A DNA stretch of 57,898 bases, counting the filler, from Sphacelaria rigidula (taxonomy: Eukaryota), in assembly GCA_964200075.2 (NCBI GenBank). It is 6 parts of 6 records of this genome, joined end to end, with 100 filler letters (N's around TTAATTAATTAA, not from the genome) between each part and the next. Parts side by side here need not be neighbours in the genome. Positions count along the whole stretch, not along the records: positions 38,667 to 48,232 come from CAXNAA020008199.1; positions 48,333 to 57,898 come from CAXNAA020008200.1; 4 more parts are not named here. One strand, written 5' to 3'. Numbering within the stretch: the stretch's first letter is position 1; each line of letters opens with the position of its first letter. Made by a program: the position numbers and the translations under genes. Below the pieces are notes generated by a model. It saw only the letters and a program-made list of their open reading frames with translations. It did not search any database and had not been told where the DNA came from. Of this stretch, positions 38,667 through 50,883 are shown piece after piece.

Positions 38667-39355
38667 GATTATTTTGCATTTGGATGAGAGCCTCCAATGA
38701 GTTGCTTTATTTTCTGGTATCGCCACTTCCAGAGACAGCCACGGCTTTTACACTGCCTCATAGGTGTCTCTGGGAGGCGGCAGGGGGGGTGGGGTGTTCT
38801 CATGATCTTACGTGCCGTGGTCATATCGCCTTTGATCCCGCATCCCTACAAAGCCGGGACGGAGCACGCCCGGTTTTCGACGGACCAGGCTCGCAATCAA
38901 TCACCACGCGTGAAGCGCCGTGATGTGTTCGGCGAGTCGCATCAAGGGTGAGCTGCAACCTGCTAAGATTGTTCGGTCCGCAGCGTACTGATAATCTTGC
39001 ATATGGATTTGAGCCCCCAGGGAGTTGCTTTTTTTTTTCTGGTATCGTCACTCTCAGAGACAGCCATGGGTTCCACACTGTCTCATGGGTGTCTCAGCAT
39101 ATAAATTCCACGTATTAATAGTATGATTATCCACTTTGCGCGGAGTTGAGGTTCTCCCATCCCGCCCAAGATCATCTAGCTCGACCACCATCACGGTTAC
39201 CGCAAAAAAACGCAAGCGCGCGCATAAAAACGGTAAACTTCCTACTCAGCTTGCGCAGTGAGTGACGTGTTATACAGCGTCATTGCCAACCAATGCCAAC
39301 GCCATAGGAGGTTCGTCCCTACAAAGTCGGGACGGAGCACGCCGGGTTTTCGTCA
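38667..39355 (+). repeat. Family A repeat: fragment, near-complete copy and fragment in tandem
   Basis: Homology to 5074-5764 and 12025-12843. The GAGTTGCTTT..TCTGGTATCG.CACT block occurs at both ~38700 and ~39020. Confidence 0.88.
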
Positions 39356-39823
39356 CCCCCCCCCCGGGAAGGGGGGTTGATGATAGTCTTTTTCCTCGGT
39401 ACATGTGATTCCACAATGGACATCGATGGTATGGGTACACACGCAACAATCAGTTTTTACGTTCAACTCACGTCTGGTTGCGTATGGCAATAGACAATGC
39501 AGTTGGCACTTTTACTTCGTTATCGTTCGCTTTGGCATGTGTGAACTATTATAGATACTTCGTGGTCTAGGGTTCAACGCCGTTTGTGCTAGATTAGTAT
39601 TGTACATTCATGGAGTCTCTAGGATACAAGGCACTTTTCACACGTTTCGTGCTTTGTGAAATATTTTCTTCTCATGATCGGCTATTCTTCCGTATTTGAA
39701 ACCGAAAAGTACTACAGCCAGTTCAAGTTCGCGTTTGCATCGAGGCATTCGTAAGATCTTCCCACTTCCCTAGAATGTTATTCAACACGACCGCACAGAG
39801 CACGGTGATGGTGAAATGCCCAC

Positions 39824-41257
39824 TCAAACAACGACCCATGGACTTTTTTGTAAGTATGTACGAGAATGCGATGCCAGCAGGCACACCAGGTATCGGAAGC
39901 AAAGTATGGACAGGGTGCAGCAAGCAGAGCTCACCGCTAGCTCTCCCGTGCTACTCAGCTGTCCGCGTATAAAGCACGCCGCTCCATTCAGCACTAAAAC
40001 AGACCTCCTCCTTTCCCTCCTCTTGCTACTGCCCGTGCGATCCCCTACTTTTTCTTCTTCACCACTGCCGCTGCCATCGCCACCTCGGCGTGGCGTCCTC
40101 CCGCTACTGTCGCCACCTTCATCATCCACAACATAACCCTCTTCCGCTCGCTGTCTCCATGACGCTGGACTTTCCCCGACGCCGACGTCAGACCCTGGTG
40201 CCGAGAGCGCTGACCGTGGCGAGCCATGGCTGTGAAATGGACTAAAACCACTAACAACAGCAGGTGGCTGCTGTTGCAACTGTGCCCGGCTCATCTGCTG
40301 CTGCGCCGTGTTCATCGTCGTTCGCTCCGAGGGTTCATCATGAACTCCTCCTGCGGCCGTATAGGGATGATCGGCCAGGGTAAGTCGCCGCCGTTCCAGC
40401 GGGGTTTCATCGGACGATCGAGAGGGCTCGACATCGCCATAAATTGTTTTGTCGTCACATTTGGTACTGCCGTTCTCCTCATCCCTCCAGAACCGATCGC
40501 CTGTGGCAGCCTTTTGCGGCTCCCAGGAGGGCAAGTTGCCACTCCCGGCAGCAGATCTCTTGTCTAGCTCGCCTACCGGAATTACGTAATCTCTTGGCAA
40601 ATTAACACCTACCCGTTGATCATCAGATATGCTTGACAAAGCACAACCAGCACTATCGGCGGAGGCGGCGGGATCACCCCTTTCTGGTGATTCGATCTCA
40701 AGATCGAAATCCGGGTCCCCGAGAGGACCGATAAATCCGCTTATTTCATCATTAAATTCTCTCAGTTCATCCTGCCCGAAAAGCTGTTGGGTGTTTGAAT
40801 TGCTGTCGAATTCATCAACTACTCGCCTAAGTTGCGACGGTGGTTGGCTGTTCAAGTCGCGGTTTTCTCGTTGTGCTAGTGCAGCATGATGATGACCACG
40901 GTTGCCTTCAGCTATCGCCACAAATCCGATTTCAGCGTCAAGGTCCCCGAGATCATCCGCATCAAATGCAGTGGAATTGCCGCGGACGACACATGTGCTG
41001 GAGTTCCCATTTCGGACCTCGGCTCCGTCCCTCGGCGGGACTTCCCCCTTGCCCTGGCCGACCGACAGCAATCGTACTGTAGTTCCTAAGACACCCGTAG
41101 CATCAACGATCGATAACCGGTTATAAATTCTTTCATATACAGGGATTAACCCGGAAAGCTTGGGTGACGACAAACCCACAGCAGCGCGCTGCGCCAGGCT
41201 CAACATAATGAGCTTGATTGATTGCGCCAGGAGGACGGAGAAAATAATATTTTTCAC
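39824..41257 (-). CDS. Large probable exon of an unidentified protein (acidic, Ser-rich disordered core between hydrophobic flanks); exact borders uncertain
   Basis: 477-codon open frame with protein-like composition; no family recognised. Confidence 0.65.
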   Translation of the reverse strand: MKNIIFSVLLAQSIKLIMLSLAQRAAVGLSSPKLSGLIPVYERIYNRLSIVDATGVLGTTVRLLSVGQGKGEVPPRDGAEVRNGNSSTCVVRGNSTAFDADDLGDLDAEIGFVAIAEGNRGHHHAALAQRENRDLNSQPPSQLRRVVDEFDSNSNTQQLFGQDELREFNDEISGFIGPLGDPDFDLEIESPERGDPAASADSAGCALSSISDDQRVGVNLPRDYVIPVGELDKRSAAGSGNLPSWEPQKAATGDRFWRDEENGSTKCDDKTIYGDVEPSRSSDETPLERRRLTLADHPYTAAGGVHDEPSERTTMNTAQQQMSRAQLQQQPPAVVSGFSPFHSHGSPRSALSAPGSDVGVGESPASWRQRAEEGYVVDDEGGDSSGRTPRRGGDGSGSGEEEKVGDRTGSSKRRERRRSVLVLNGAACFIRGQLSSTGELAVSSACCTLSILCFRYLVCLLASHSRTYLQKSPWVVV

Positions 41258-44029
41258 CGATATATTGGTCCATTATTATATACCCGCGATCGATAAATGA
41301 TGGGTAGACGAAGATATTTTCGGCCTATGTCGCGGCCGATAAAAAAAAAAGACAATAAAAGAAGTTAATTTCTATCATATGATCCTTTCATGTAGATAGC
41401 AAGAACAGACGAACAGTTGTTCGGCCAAACATCCACGCAAAAGCAACATTAAGCATGACATTCAACGCGTAGCAAATTCGTGTTTCTAGGTATAGCAGCC
41501 ATATCGTTTACTGGACATATGCTCTCTCATCATAGGAGGGCAAGATTGACAAGACCAAAGCATAATAATGGTGAGACACGGTACATTAGAGGAAACTAGA
41601 TGACCTGATGCATCGAGTGATGACTCAGATGTGAAGCCAAATAGAACACCTTTACTTTGTTTCTTGCTGTACACAATCGGACTAAGTTGCACTGCTACTC
41701 GTTGCTGCATAACGACAGCAAAGTACAGTCCTGTACCGACAGCATGGAGTTGTCAAGTTTGCGCGCACACAAAAACAGTGAGAGGTTCGACGCAGGGCTG
41801 TAGATATGAAGCACACGTAGAACCACAACGCAGTGTTAAGTGGGGTAGAAGCTGTCCGCTTGCCTCGTTCCGTGTGTGCTTGGAGGTTTGCAGCTCCCAG
41901 AAGGAAGCCCCCAGCATACGAGGCACATCCAAGAAATAACAGACCGCCGTATTCGGGGTAACTGCACGTACGGTTTACAGCGGCAGCCATATCTGCCGAA
42001 AGTATGACCGTAGGACACGTGAGTGAACATCACAGGACGGTGGTGGGAATCCATGTGGATACTGCAGGGCGCCAATGACTTCAGCAAGCTGTCGGTAGAA
42101 GCGCTCAACGTTTCACCGATTGTTGCCTATACCCGACTTGCGATGGGTATGCATTACTTCACTTCCCTACTTCAGATCATACGCCGCAAACTACAACAGC
42201 TGTGTTTCTTCGACGACCATGCTGGCCAGACGGGCACCGATGCTCCAAGCGCGATATGCACAACATTCAGTAGATCTTACCCGCATAGGCGACAGTCGTG
42301 AGATGCCCCATCGTAGTCATAGATATGGTACAACACCGATCCTACAGCTCCGAAGCACCACAGTCGTGTCCGGACGGATGTTTGCGCTGTCGGGACTGTT
42401 GGCATAGTGTCCCCCACGATAGTCGCAGGGCATGCCACGGGTCGACCGACCTCGATGGGTGGTACCGTAGCTGTTTGGCACGTGTGTGGGACACCACCGG
42501 GTACCCTGCTTATGATTTCAACACTTCAGTTGGAGTTCTTAATTTGCGCGTAATCTGCATCGGCATCTAATTTGCATCTTTTTCCAACGAAAAAAATGAA
42601 AAAAAGTGATTACAAAGACTTCGCCACAAAAATCGCCCCCGTCTCGAGAAGGATGTCCTTGCTTTGCGTTACCCAGAAATGGAATACTGTACTTCCAAAC
42701 GCTGAGCAGAGCGGAGTTCATGTGTCACACTTGCGCCGACATGCCATGCGTCGGTCGAGGCGTGATTTCTTCCTAAGATCCGGCACCACGCCCCAAGTAT
42801 CCATTATTGAACCAAGACTTGGAGGGTAGAGATTCTAAATCCAAGTAATGAAGCTGGTACACGAAGTCAGGCCTCTCAACAGAAGTTGAAAAGTTCGATG
42901 ACTTCAGATGATGCAAAACAGGTTGTTACCTGACTCAGGTTAACCCTAGAGCGCCACAGGCCCCAGATCGCCCCTAGATCGCCCCCCACCCCCCAAAAAA
43001 CGGGCCAATAACAGCGACTTCGGATGCTTTTGAAAACGCCGTATCACGCGCGTGAGGGTTCGAGACTGAATTTCTGCAGAGGGGGGTGTAGTCGGGGGTA
43101 TGTGGGTGATTTGGATTCACGCTCAAACCAAGATATACGCGGATGGACCAACTGGAGTGGTTACGGGAGCATGGAGCACATTTGCATGTTTTTGTACGTA
43201 CGCCCAGCATCATATTTGCCCATGACAGTCCCTAGTGCAACACCGGCTGGATGAGAACGATGACGGAGAACACCCCGCGGTGTCTTTGACCTTTCTCCCA
43301 AGGCGACCATCAGTGGTTCACCGCCCACGCTTCGTCGTGCAACACATCGCCCTAGTAACACACAGGCAAGCAATGGCCTCTGGCCAGTGGTGATAGGTCA
43401 CCATCACTCAGTATTTCTTTTGCGATGCCGCCTGCACCGCGGTGCCAGTGTCTATTTTCCGCATACGGTACGCCGTAGGAGTGTATGCGACTGTCATCTA
43501 TTGTACATCCTACTGTTTGTAGACGGGGTACGTAGACGGTGATATCTGTCCTGCACCGGGTTGAAATCTATTCTGCTACAGCACATGGTTGCGCATATCC
43601 CACAGGGCTGTCAACCACAATATTTTACCAAAACGAGACCTGACGCTGAAAGGGTGAAATGCGGCGGTACATTTGTATGGAGACCTTGGTGGAATATTTT
43701 TTGCCGCGGAACACCGTTCTTTATTTACTTGAATGAAGAGAGGGGGAAAAGAGGCAGTTTGGGTATGCTTTTCCATGTTGCAGTTGGTAGGTCTGTGACG
43801 GGGATGACCTGCACATCTGCATCGCCCTAATTGTTGCGAGCTGGGCTGGCCGAGGCCATGAAGATCTTTCACGGAACGTATCTCAAGATCTGCGTCGAGA
43901 TGTTGCCCAGTAAACATGTCCCTGTAATCGGGAGATCACCATGCGTGTGCTCCAACAACTAATAGTGTGCTGAAAGGTGTTTGTACAATAGAAGAGGTCG
44001 TGCGCCGATGATATTCCGGGTTAGGTACG

Positions 44030-44766
44030 AACGTGAAGGCGGATGCGATCGAAGTAAAGACAGCGGGCCAAAGATACAATCAAGTTGAGTCGTTCCTCTA
44101 CCTTGGCTGAAAAATCAGCAGCATCGGTGATGTCACTCCCGAGATNNNNNNNNNNGACGTGCTTCTACAAGTACAGCAAAGCGGTATTCGACAACCCGTA
44201 CATCGCCCTGGCCACCAAGGTTTGTCTCCTCAAGACGGAAGTGATCGAGGTAATGCTGTACGGCTGCGTGACCTCGACGATCGCGCACGACAATTTCGGT
44301 GTGTTACGAGAGGCCCATCGAGGATTCCTGCTGAGGTGCCTCAATCACCATACCTCAAGCCGCAGCGCCCCTGACTACCATATGCTGCCATACCACGAGG
44401 TCCTCGAAAGAACTAGCTGCGAGTGCATTGAGGCCACCGTGATGAATCGAACCCTCCTACACGCCGGCCGCGTTGTGCGCATGCACGACAAACGCCTCCC
44501 CAACATCGTCATGCGTGGAGTCATGGTTGGGGGGAAGAGGAGGGCAGGCCGACCAGCGAGGCGCCTACAACGCTGTATCAGACTACTTTTCACACTTCGG
44601 AATAAATGCGCAGGTTACCTACGATGTGTCGGAATGGTCCCGAGTTGTAAAGGAGGGGGCTAACATGTACATGGCAGCCTGGACGAAAGCACGCCATGCG
44701 AAGGAACTGTTTGCTTTGCTACCACTAGAGCTCCCCCGGTGCCTACCGAGGACCTCCGAAAAGTAA
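44030..44766 (+). mobile_element. 5'-truncated, decayed RTE-clade LINE (RT thumb and C-terminal region)
   Basis: QVESFLYLG*, TKVCLLKTEVIEVMLYGCVT, HRGFLLRCL and AGRVVRMHDKRLPNIVMRGVMVGGKRRAGRP are typical RTE C-terminal motifs. A stop and a frameshift are present. Confidence 0.9.
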
Positions 44767-45589
44767 CCAGTCGTCCATGGGGTAGTACACTCGCTGGTGC
44801 GTCTGCGATCTTTCCGAACAGCTGTGGTGGTTGTCAATGAGGGTGCCTAGGGTTGTTTTTAACTTGACCCTCGCTCGGTGGCCTCGTGCCATCTGTCTTC
44901 CCTCGTATTCTCTTTTCTTTCCCTATTCTTTCGGTGTGCTTTTCTCAGCAGATCTGATTTTTTTATTTCCGTTTCACCCCATTGAACTCGGGGAAGCTAC
45001 TTCTCCGGTTTTCTTGGCGTTTCTCTTCTGGTTTACATTTTGGAAGCATTTTAGTTGATTGCGTTTGCTCTTGTGATTAGGCTGGAGTCTCGAGGAAATT
45101 AACGAGGACTATGTCTTGTAAGGAATATCAGGGACGGTATTTGAAAGAAGAGCCCACGTCTGTGACCACGGGTTCGAGAAATCGGACTACTGTGCGGAAA
45201 AAATAATAATGATGATAATAACTACGGAGCAAAACGACAAGAAATGCAGCGGAAGTAGTTGAAAAGTGCGGCTGGACCGTTGGTGCTTGAGGGTCTGCTG
45301 CGGCCGTTTACTTGCAGCACCCTCGCACACATACTCACCGAGAGATCAGCGACGGTGGAGGACGTATGTCCTTACCATATATTACGATAAGAAGTGGGAT
45401 AAGTGGTTGTTCAAGCTACTGTACGCAACACCAAAGACGCGTCCTGTTATGGTCACCTCACAACCATTCACCTCTCGCGCAATGACTGAGTCGGTCTCGC
45501 ACTCATGGCGACTAAGTTGGGAACGAGGGCATCGCAAGGAGCCCATGGGGGTGATAGTCCTTCAAGCTTCGAAGCAAGCAGCCAGACCT

Positions 45590-45969
45590 GGGTCTGCGGC
45601 ATCCGCAAACTCGAGTCCCACACTTCCACTAGGTGCGTTGTACTTACTGTCTCTACTACACGTAACGACCCCTTGGCCGCCACGCCTCCTTTCGGAATAG
45701 TATTTCATTGTGGGACCTTCCTGGGATCGGTAACTCTGGGGCAACATACCTACGTGAGTTTCACCGCGGCGATATATTTCGTCACATGTGCCGTGCTGTT
45801 CTCAACTCACGTCAGTATGTTGCGCCGCGGATACCGGCGGCAGAATGGTACTGCAAAATATTATTCCGAAACGAGGCGTGGCGGCCGAAGGGATTGCAAC
45901 GTGTAGCATAGACAGTACAACGCGCCTGGTGGAAGTTTGGGAGTCGTGCTTGCGGATGCTGCCTACTCA
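45590..45969. repeat. Imperfect inverted repeat (~115-bp arms, ~150-bp spacer), probable MITE
   Basis: GGCCGCCACGCCTC.TTTCGGAATA pairs with TATTCCGAAACGAGGCGTGGCGGCC, and GCATCCGCAA with TTGCGGATGC. Confidence 0.85.
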
Positions 45970-46464
45970 ATGGTTTACGTCAATCTGTGCAGACGTCGAG
46001 ATATTTCATCATTCCATCGAAGCTATCGTACGTGGCACAATCGCCGACGCTTTCGTCATGGCGAAGAAGATCTAGGCACGCATTGTATTGAACCCGGTAT
46101 ATTATCCGCACACAATCATTTCTTTGCTGTATGCTATTATAGCACGAAAACGTCCGAGCGCGGCGCAATTTTTCGAACTTCGGAGTGAAGTTTTTTTTTA
46201 CACCAGATAAACAACACGCTGGTGTACCCTCTCAGTACCCTCTCAGGATAATTCTCCTTTTCGCTTGTTTTGTTTTGCATCACGTTGAGGGATCTATAGA
46301 CAGCCCAAATTTTTGCATCGCCGGGAGTTACGGCAAAAAAATAGGGAGGGGGGGAGGGGGGGGGAGGAGAAGATCATCCTTAGAGAGAAGACCTATGTGT
46401 TGTTCATCTGATGTCAGAATTTCACCCCGAAATTCGAAAAATTCCGCCACGCGTGGCCGGTGAC

Positions 46465-46576
46465 CTGTGGCGATGCAGCCTTTGACAGACCAGCTTGGAT
46501 CTTTTTGCTGGGGAGCACCGAAACGCGAGATCAGCTGCTGCTGTCCTCGAGCGGCTGCGACCAGCTCACCCGGAGC
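46465..46576 (-). CDS. Possible small exon (could belong to the gene of the 39824-41257 exon)
   Basis: tacag acceptor and ACAG|GTCACC donor; only one frame is open (APGELVAAARGQQQLISRFGAPQQKDPSWSVKGCIAT). Confidence 0.3.
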
Positions 46577-48438
46577 CTGTACATGTTGCATACTTGTATA
46601 TTGGCGCTGGCCGTACTGTGCGGTACTGTGCTGCTTTGTGCTGGCCTCGACAAGATATGCCCACCTTTGTCGCTTATTCTCATGATGCAGTAGGGGAAGT
46701 CGGCGTTTTATGAGTCAATGCATCAGGAAGCTGGAGATCTCGTTCACCAAACTGCATCACGGGATGATGACGTCCCATGTGCAAAATTCCCCTCCAAGAT
46801 CGGACGTATGTAAGAGTTGACCGCGAGTCAGAAAAGTCGAACTGAAGTGGTGACTCGGGGGAAAGGGAGAGGGAGGGTCGGCTGATATGAATAGTCAGGA
46901 TGAAGACCATCCACCCACACCCCGTGATCCCTGGTTGCTGATCATTGATGATGGTCAATGGTTCAGGAATCCCTTCTTTTTGGTTTCGGATGTAGGCTGG
47001 TTCATGCTTATCACCCGAAATTATTTCATCAGTAAGATGCCTTTCGCAATACTTGACCCAATAGTTGCTTACATTACATCATACTGACCACCATGGACAG
47101 CTGAAGAGAGTGACATAGCCAGATTTGTGTTCAAGGCCATGGTGGTGGCGCTAAAGGCGAAAATTACCTCGAACAATCAGCGACCTTCAAATTGTTCCGT
47201 TTTCAACACTACGAATTCCGAGCCCAATTTTCACCCAACCTCCACATGCTTCAAATCTTGGTAACCGCCATCAGCTCAGGAATCTAACAGGAGAAAACAT
47301 TTGAAAACGGTTACTACGGGGTCGAATAATACCCGAAACCGTGATGTTTCGGTGACGTCGGGTTTTGGCGTCGTCTCATTTCCACTCATAATACGCACGA
47401 CAGACCATGGGAACGTCGTCACGGTCTCCCTTATACCTGCCGTAGTATAGCTTAGATCACTCTCAAAATTGGCATTACCGTAGGTGATGATGCTGCAAAT
47501 GGAAACATCGTACTCTTGACAATAGTTCAAAGTTTCTCCGTTCTCTACCGGCTTCCGGGGTTCTCAATGTAAAGACCCCGGCAAGGCGATACAGAATCCC
47601 TCGAAAGAAAAAAAAAATGTTGCGTCCCGGGATATTCCAAAGAACATATGTACAAAGTTTGGTGGAGAAACTGGAAGATTTTGATCCAGTTTTTTTCTCC
47701 TCAGCGTTTAATTCACCCCCCAAAAGACGTTTTCATACTAAAAGTGAGTAGTCGGGAGTTTGCCCATTTCAAGCTCACGTCATCGCACAAACGCGCAAGA
47801 CTTCACGCCGTTTCTGAGAGTCAAGATTCTGAAACTGTGCGCACTTGTGCTATAGGTCTTCATGTAACTTTCGATTTACGAGAGTTTTTACTTCTCGATT
47901 TTCTTCTACCGTTTTCCGGGGGTCCGATGGGATCCAAGTTTCCCCAAAACCCTGAGATCCCCCGAGAAACGGTAAAAAAGTCAACAGGTAAAAAACCTCG
48001 ACCTCCGAAGTTGCGTATTGAACCATAGCAAAATTGTGCGGAACTTCAGGGTCTAACTCCTAAAAACGACGCGAAGTTTTGTGGATGAGCGTTCCTAAGT
48101 CGATGAGCGTGAGCCAACCTGTACCTTTTCTTGAGGGGGGGGGGGGGGGGGGGGCTCTCACGGGTTGTTTCCTTTATTCGCGGGCTCTTTGCCTACGCAC
48201 CCCCTTTGGGGGGCAGAAGATTTTTTTCTTGGNNNNNNNNNNNNNNNNNNNNNNNNNNNNNNNNNNNNNNNNNNNNTTAATTAATTAANNNNNNNNNNNN
48301 NNNNNNNNNNNNNNNNNNNNNNNNNNNNNNNNGCTTCTCGTTGTGCTCGGCTTTTCCCATTTCGATTTATGTGAAGATTTCGCCTCCCAAAATCATGCAC
48401 TTTTTTGGGGAGGGGCTATCGTAGAAGGTGTCACGTAC

Positions 48439-48678
48439 CCTTGCCGACCCTTGGCGCGGCTTGAGCCGCCTCCGGCTGTAACCCCCCGCTTCCTCCTCCG
48501 CCGCCCAGCAACACTCCGAAAGTGGCCAACGCACCGGCAACGCCGGTGGTCAAGAAAGCGCGGCGAGAAATAGGGCCCGAGGACATTGACAACGCCGACG
48601 ATGATGACGATGACGGTGCTGACGCTACTCCCCCCGATGGGTGCGGGATGGATGCCAGGGACACGAAGGCGTCCGCAC
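48439..48678 (-). CDS. Exon encoding the targeting region of a probable thylakoid-lumen protein (signal cleavage site, transit peptide and twin-arginine signal)
   Basis: ccacag acceptor and G|GTACGT donor. ADA-FV is an ASAFAP-like cleavage site, followed by a Ser-rich transit, SRRAFL, a hydrophobic stretch and an AQA cleavage motif. Confidence 0.75.
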
Positions 48679-48802
48679 CTGTGGGTTGATTTGATGACAA
48701 GGTGGGGTGGGGGAGGGTGAAAATGAGGATGCGGGGTGACTGAGCATGGATGCGGGTTGAGGGTATATGGATTGGCTGATTGGGCATGGGTGCGGGGTGA
48801 TT

Positions 48803-49151
48803 GTGTGTGTGTATTGTCGTTCCTTTTATTCTGGACGCCGGTCTACATCTTTCGGTATATGTGGGCGCACCAGCCGGGGTCACACAGGAGGAAGGTCAAC
48901 ACATGAGTCTTCCTTTTTTTTAGAGTACTCCACCTTCCTTCCGCGGTGCTTGCTTCTCTTTTTCATCGCGAGAGGGGTTCAGCAGTCCCTTTCCCTCGTC
49001 GACGGTGAAGCCGAATTTTGTGTACCCACGACATGGTCGCTCTCCACTGTTGGGCATGGTGTGAGAAAAAAATCCCAGATCGCTCCGAGTTTTGAACCCA
49101 CGACTCAACCGTCAGAAGCTTTCGAGGCTACCAACTGAGACACCGGGACTC
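48803..49151 (-). mobile_element. tRNA-derived SINE copy
   Basis: Reverse-complement homolog of 10514-10896, including the A/B boxes and a short CA tail. Confidence 0.88.
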
Positions 49152-50388
49152 CGGCTCCAGTGATCGAATAGGGATATGGGATGGTCGGATAGAGACGTGG
49201 GGTGATGAGGGATAGATGCGGGTTGATTGGATAGGGTGTGAGCTTGTCGGCTGGAGTTGTGGAGTGATTGGGTAAGGATGTGGGGTGATTGAATAAAGCT
49301 GCTGGCTTCCCCTGTCCGAGAGAAGGGTGTGGAGTGATGTGATGTGATCAAGGGTTTTGATCGTCTGGGAGGAAAGGTGGTCAACCGCCGAGCAATACGA
49401 GAAAATACACGGAGAAGTCTAGAAGGGTGATAAAAAAAAGGGTGCTGTACTGTAGGGGGGGGGGGGGTACGCGTTGTGGGCAAGCGTTAGGGAGTGGNNN
49501 NNNNNNNGGTCTCCTCCCTGTTGACGTGACCGGCGTACTCATTTGTTGCTTGCCTTAGTCATTTGACCATTGACCACGCATCCCTTTCGAGACGGAGCAC
49601 CGTGCTGTACTGTAGGGGGGAATGTACTACAAGATATATTCGGGATTATTTTCGAGGTATTGAGATTGTTGAATGGGTAGGGATGATTCTGTGAGAAGAC
49701 CAGTGATGCCCGTGTGTTTTGTGTCAAATAACGTGCGCTTGTATAACAAGATGAGCCGGTGTCCTTGAGTATGTACAGAACTTGCGGACATGGGTGTACC
49801 GTAGACGCTTTGATTGTGCTTCTTCCACCGCCGTCTTGGACGTCTACGAATAATGAGGCGTCTGCCCCGGGGATCAGACGAACACGGCACTGTGCGATCA
49901 CGTCGCAGGGTCATGAAATGCAAATCTTCGATCCCCGCCTCCTCCATTTGTGAGGATGATTTTGCTGTAGAGAGTCTTCATTCACAAGCCGAGTTTGCAT
50001 CCCACGAGTATAACAGTACTCAAAATCTATTCGACAAAATGTTTTTCGGCAGTCTGTCTCGGCGTTGACACCATTCGCCGTCAAAAAGCGAATCAAACGG
50101 TGGGGGGGGGGGGGGGACATGTGCGGAGAACACGTTCCGAACGTTACCGAGGATCTACAAGTAGACTCAAAGATGTCTCTACCACACGGTCAAAAATATG
50201 ACAAACAAAACTTAGCGAAACCCCCACGTTTGCCACATTTTGTTCAGCTACATGGGCGCACCACTGACTGGTGTTGCGGTGTGCTGCAGCATGGCGCGCA
50301 ATTCCGCAGAATATCCAGCTATTGTTGGAATTCCTGTAGAGGTGTACGCTGGATATCCGGCGGAGGTACACCACATTACCATGTTTTA

Positions 50389-50505
50389 CCCTTTTGGAAC
50401 CCATTGGCGATTTTTGCTTTTGTGAATCGGCACCATTTTACTTGAAAATGACTTGAAATGATGTCGATTCATAAAAATAAAAATCGTCAATGGGTTCCAA
50501 ATGGG
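50389..50505. mobile_element. piggyBac-type MITE, second copy
   Basis: TTTA|CCCTTTTGGAACCCATTGGCGATTTTT ... AAAATCGTCAATGGGTTCCAAATGGG|TTAA. Confidence 0.82.
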
Positions 50506-50717
50506 TTAATGCTATACGAATGCAAGGTATGAAACGTGTACCTTCGACGGTGTACCACGCGAATCACGAACTGGGAATGTGCACACTCCAAGCAGTGTCG
50601 CACGCATCACGGACTCAAAACATGTGTGAGTCACAGCTTGTGTACCCTGGATAACGACAGTAGGTCACACCGTCGAATATTGTACTGCGTACAGTATCGA
50701 CTGTTGTGTTAATTGCG

Positions 50718-50883
50718 CACCCTGGACGGCGCATGGTCAATAGACGCAACAGACGAGAAGTGTACTGCATAAAGTGTAGGCCTATTGCGACTATTGCCGG
50801 CCGGCAATAGTCGCAATAGGCCTACACTTTATGCAGTACGTTTCTTGTCTATGCAGCCATTGACCATATTTTGTCCAAGGTGT
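50718..50883. mobile_element. Foldback element with CACCCTGGAC-type termini and a perfect central 78-bp palindrome (50762-50839)
   Basis: GTACTGCATAAAGTGTAGGCCTATTGCGACTATTGCCGG is immediately followed by its exact reverse complement. The outer arms are imperfect. Confidence 0.9.

Noticed and set aside
46690-47230. Possible transposase remnant
   Set aside because: No recognisable catalytic motif in any frame.
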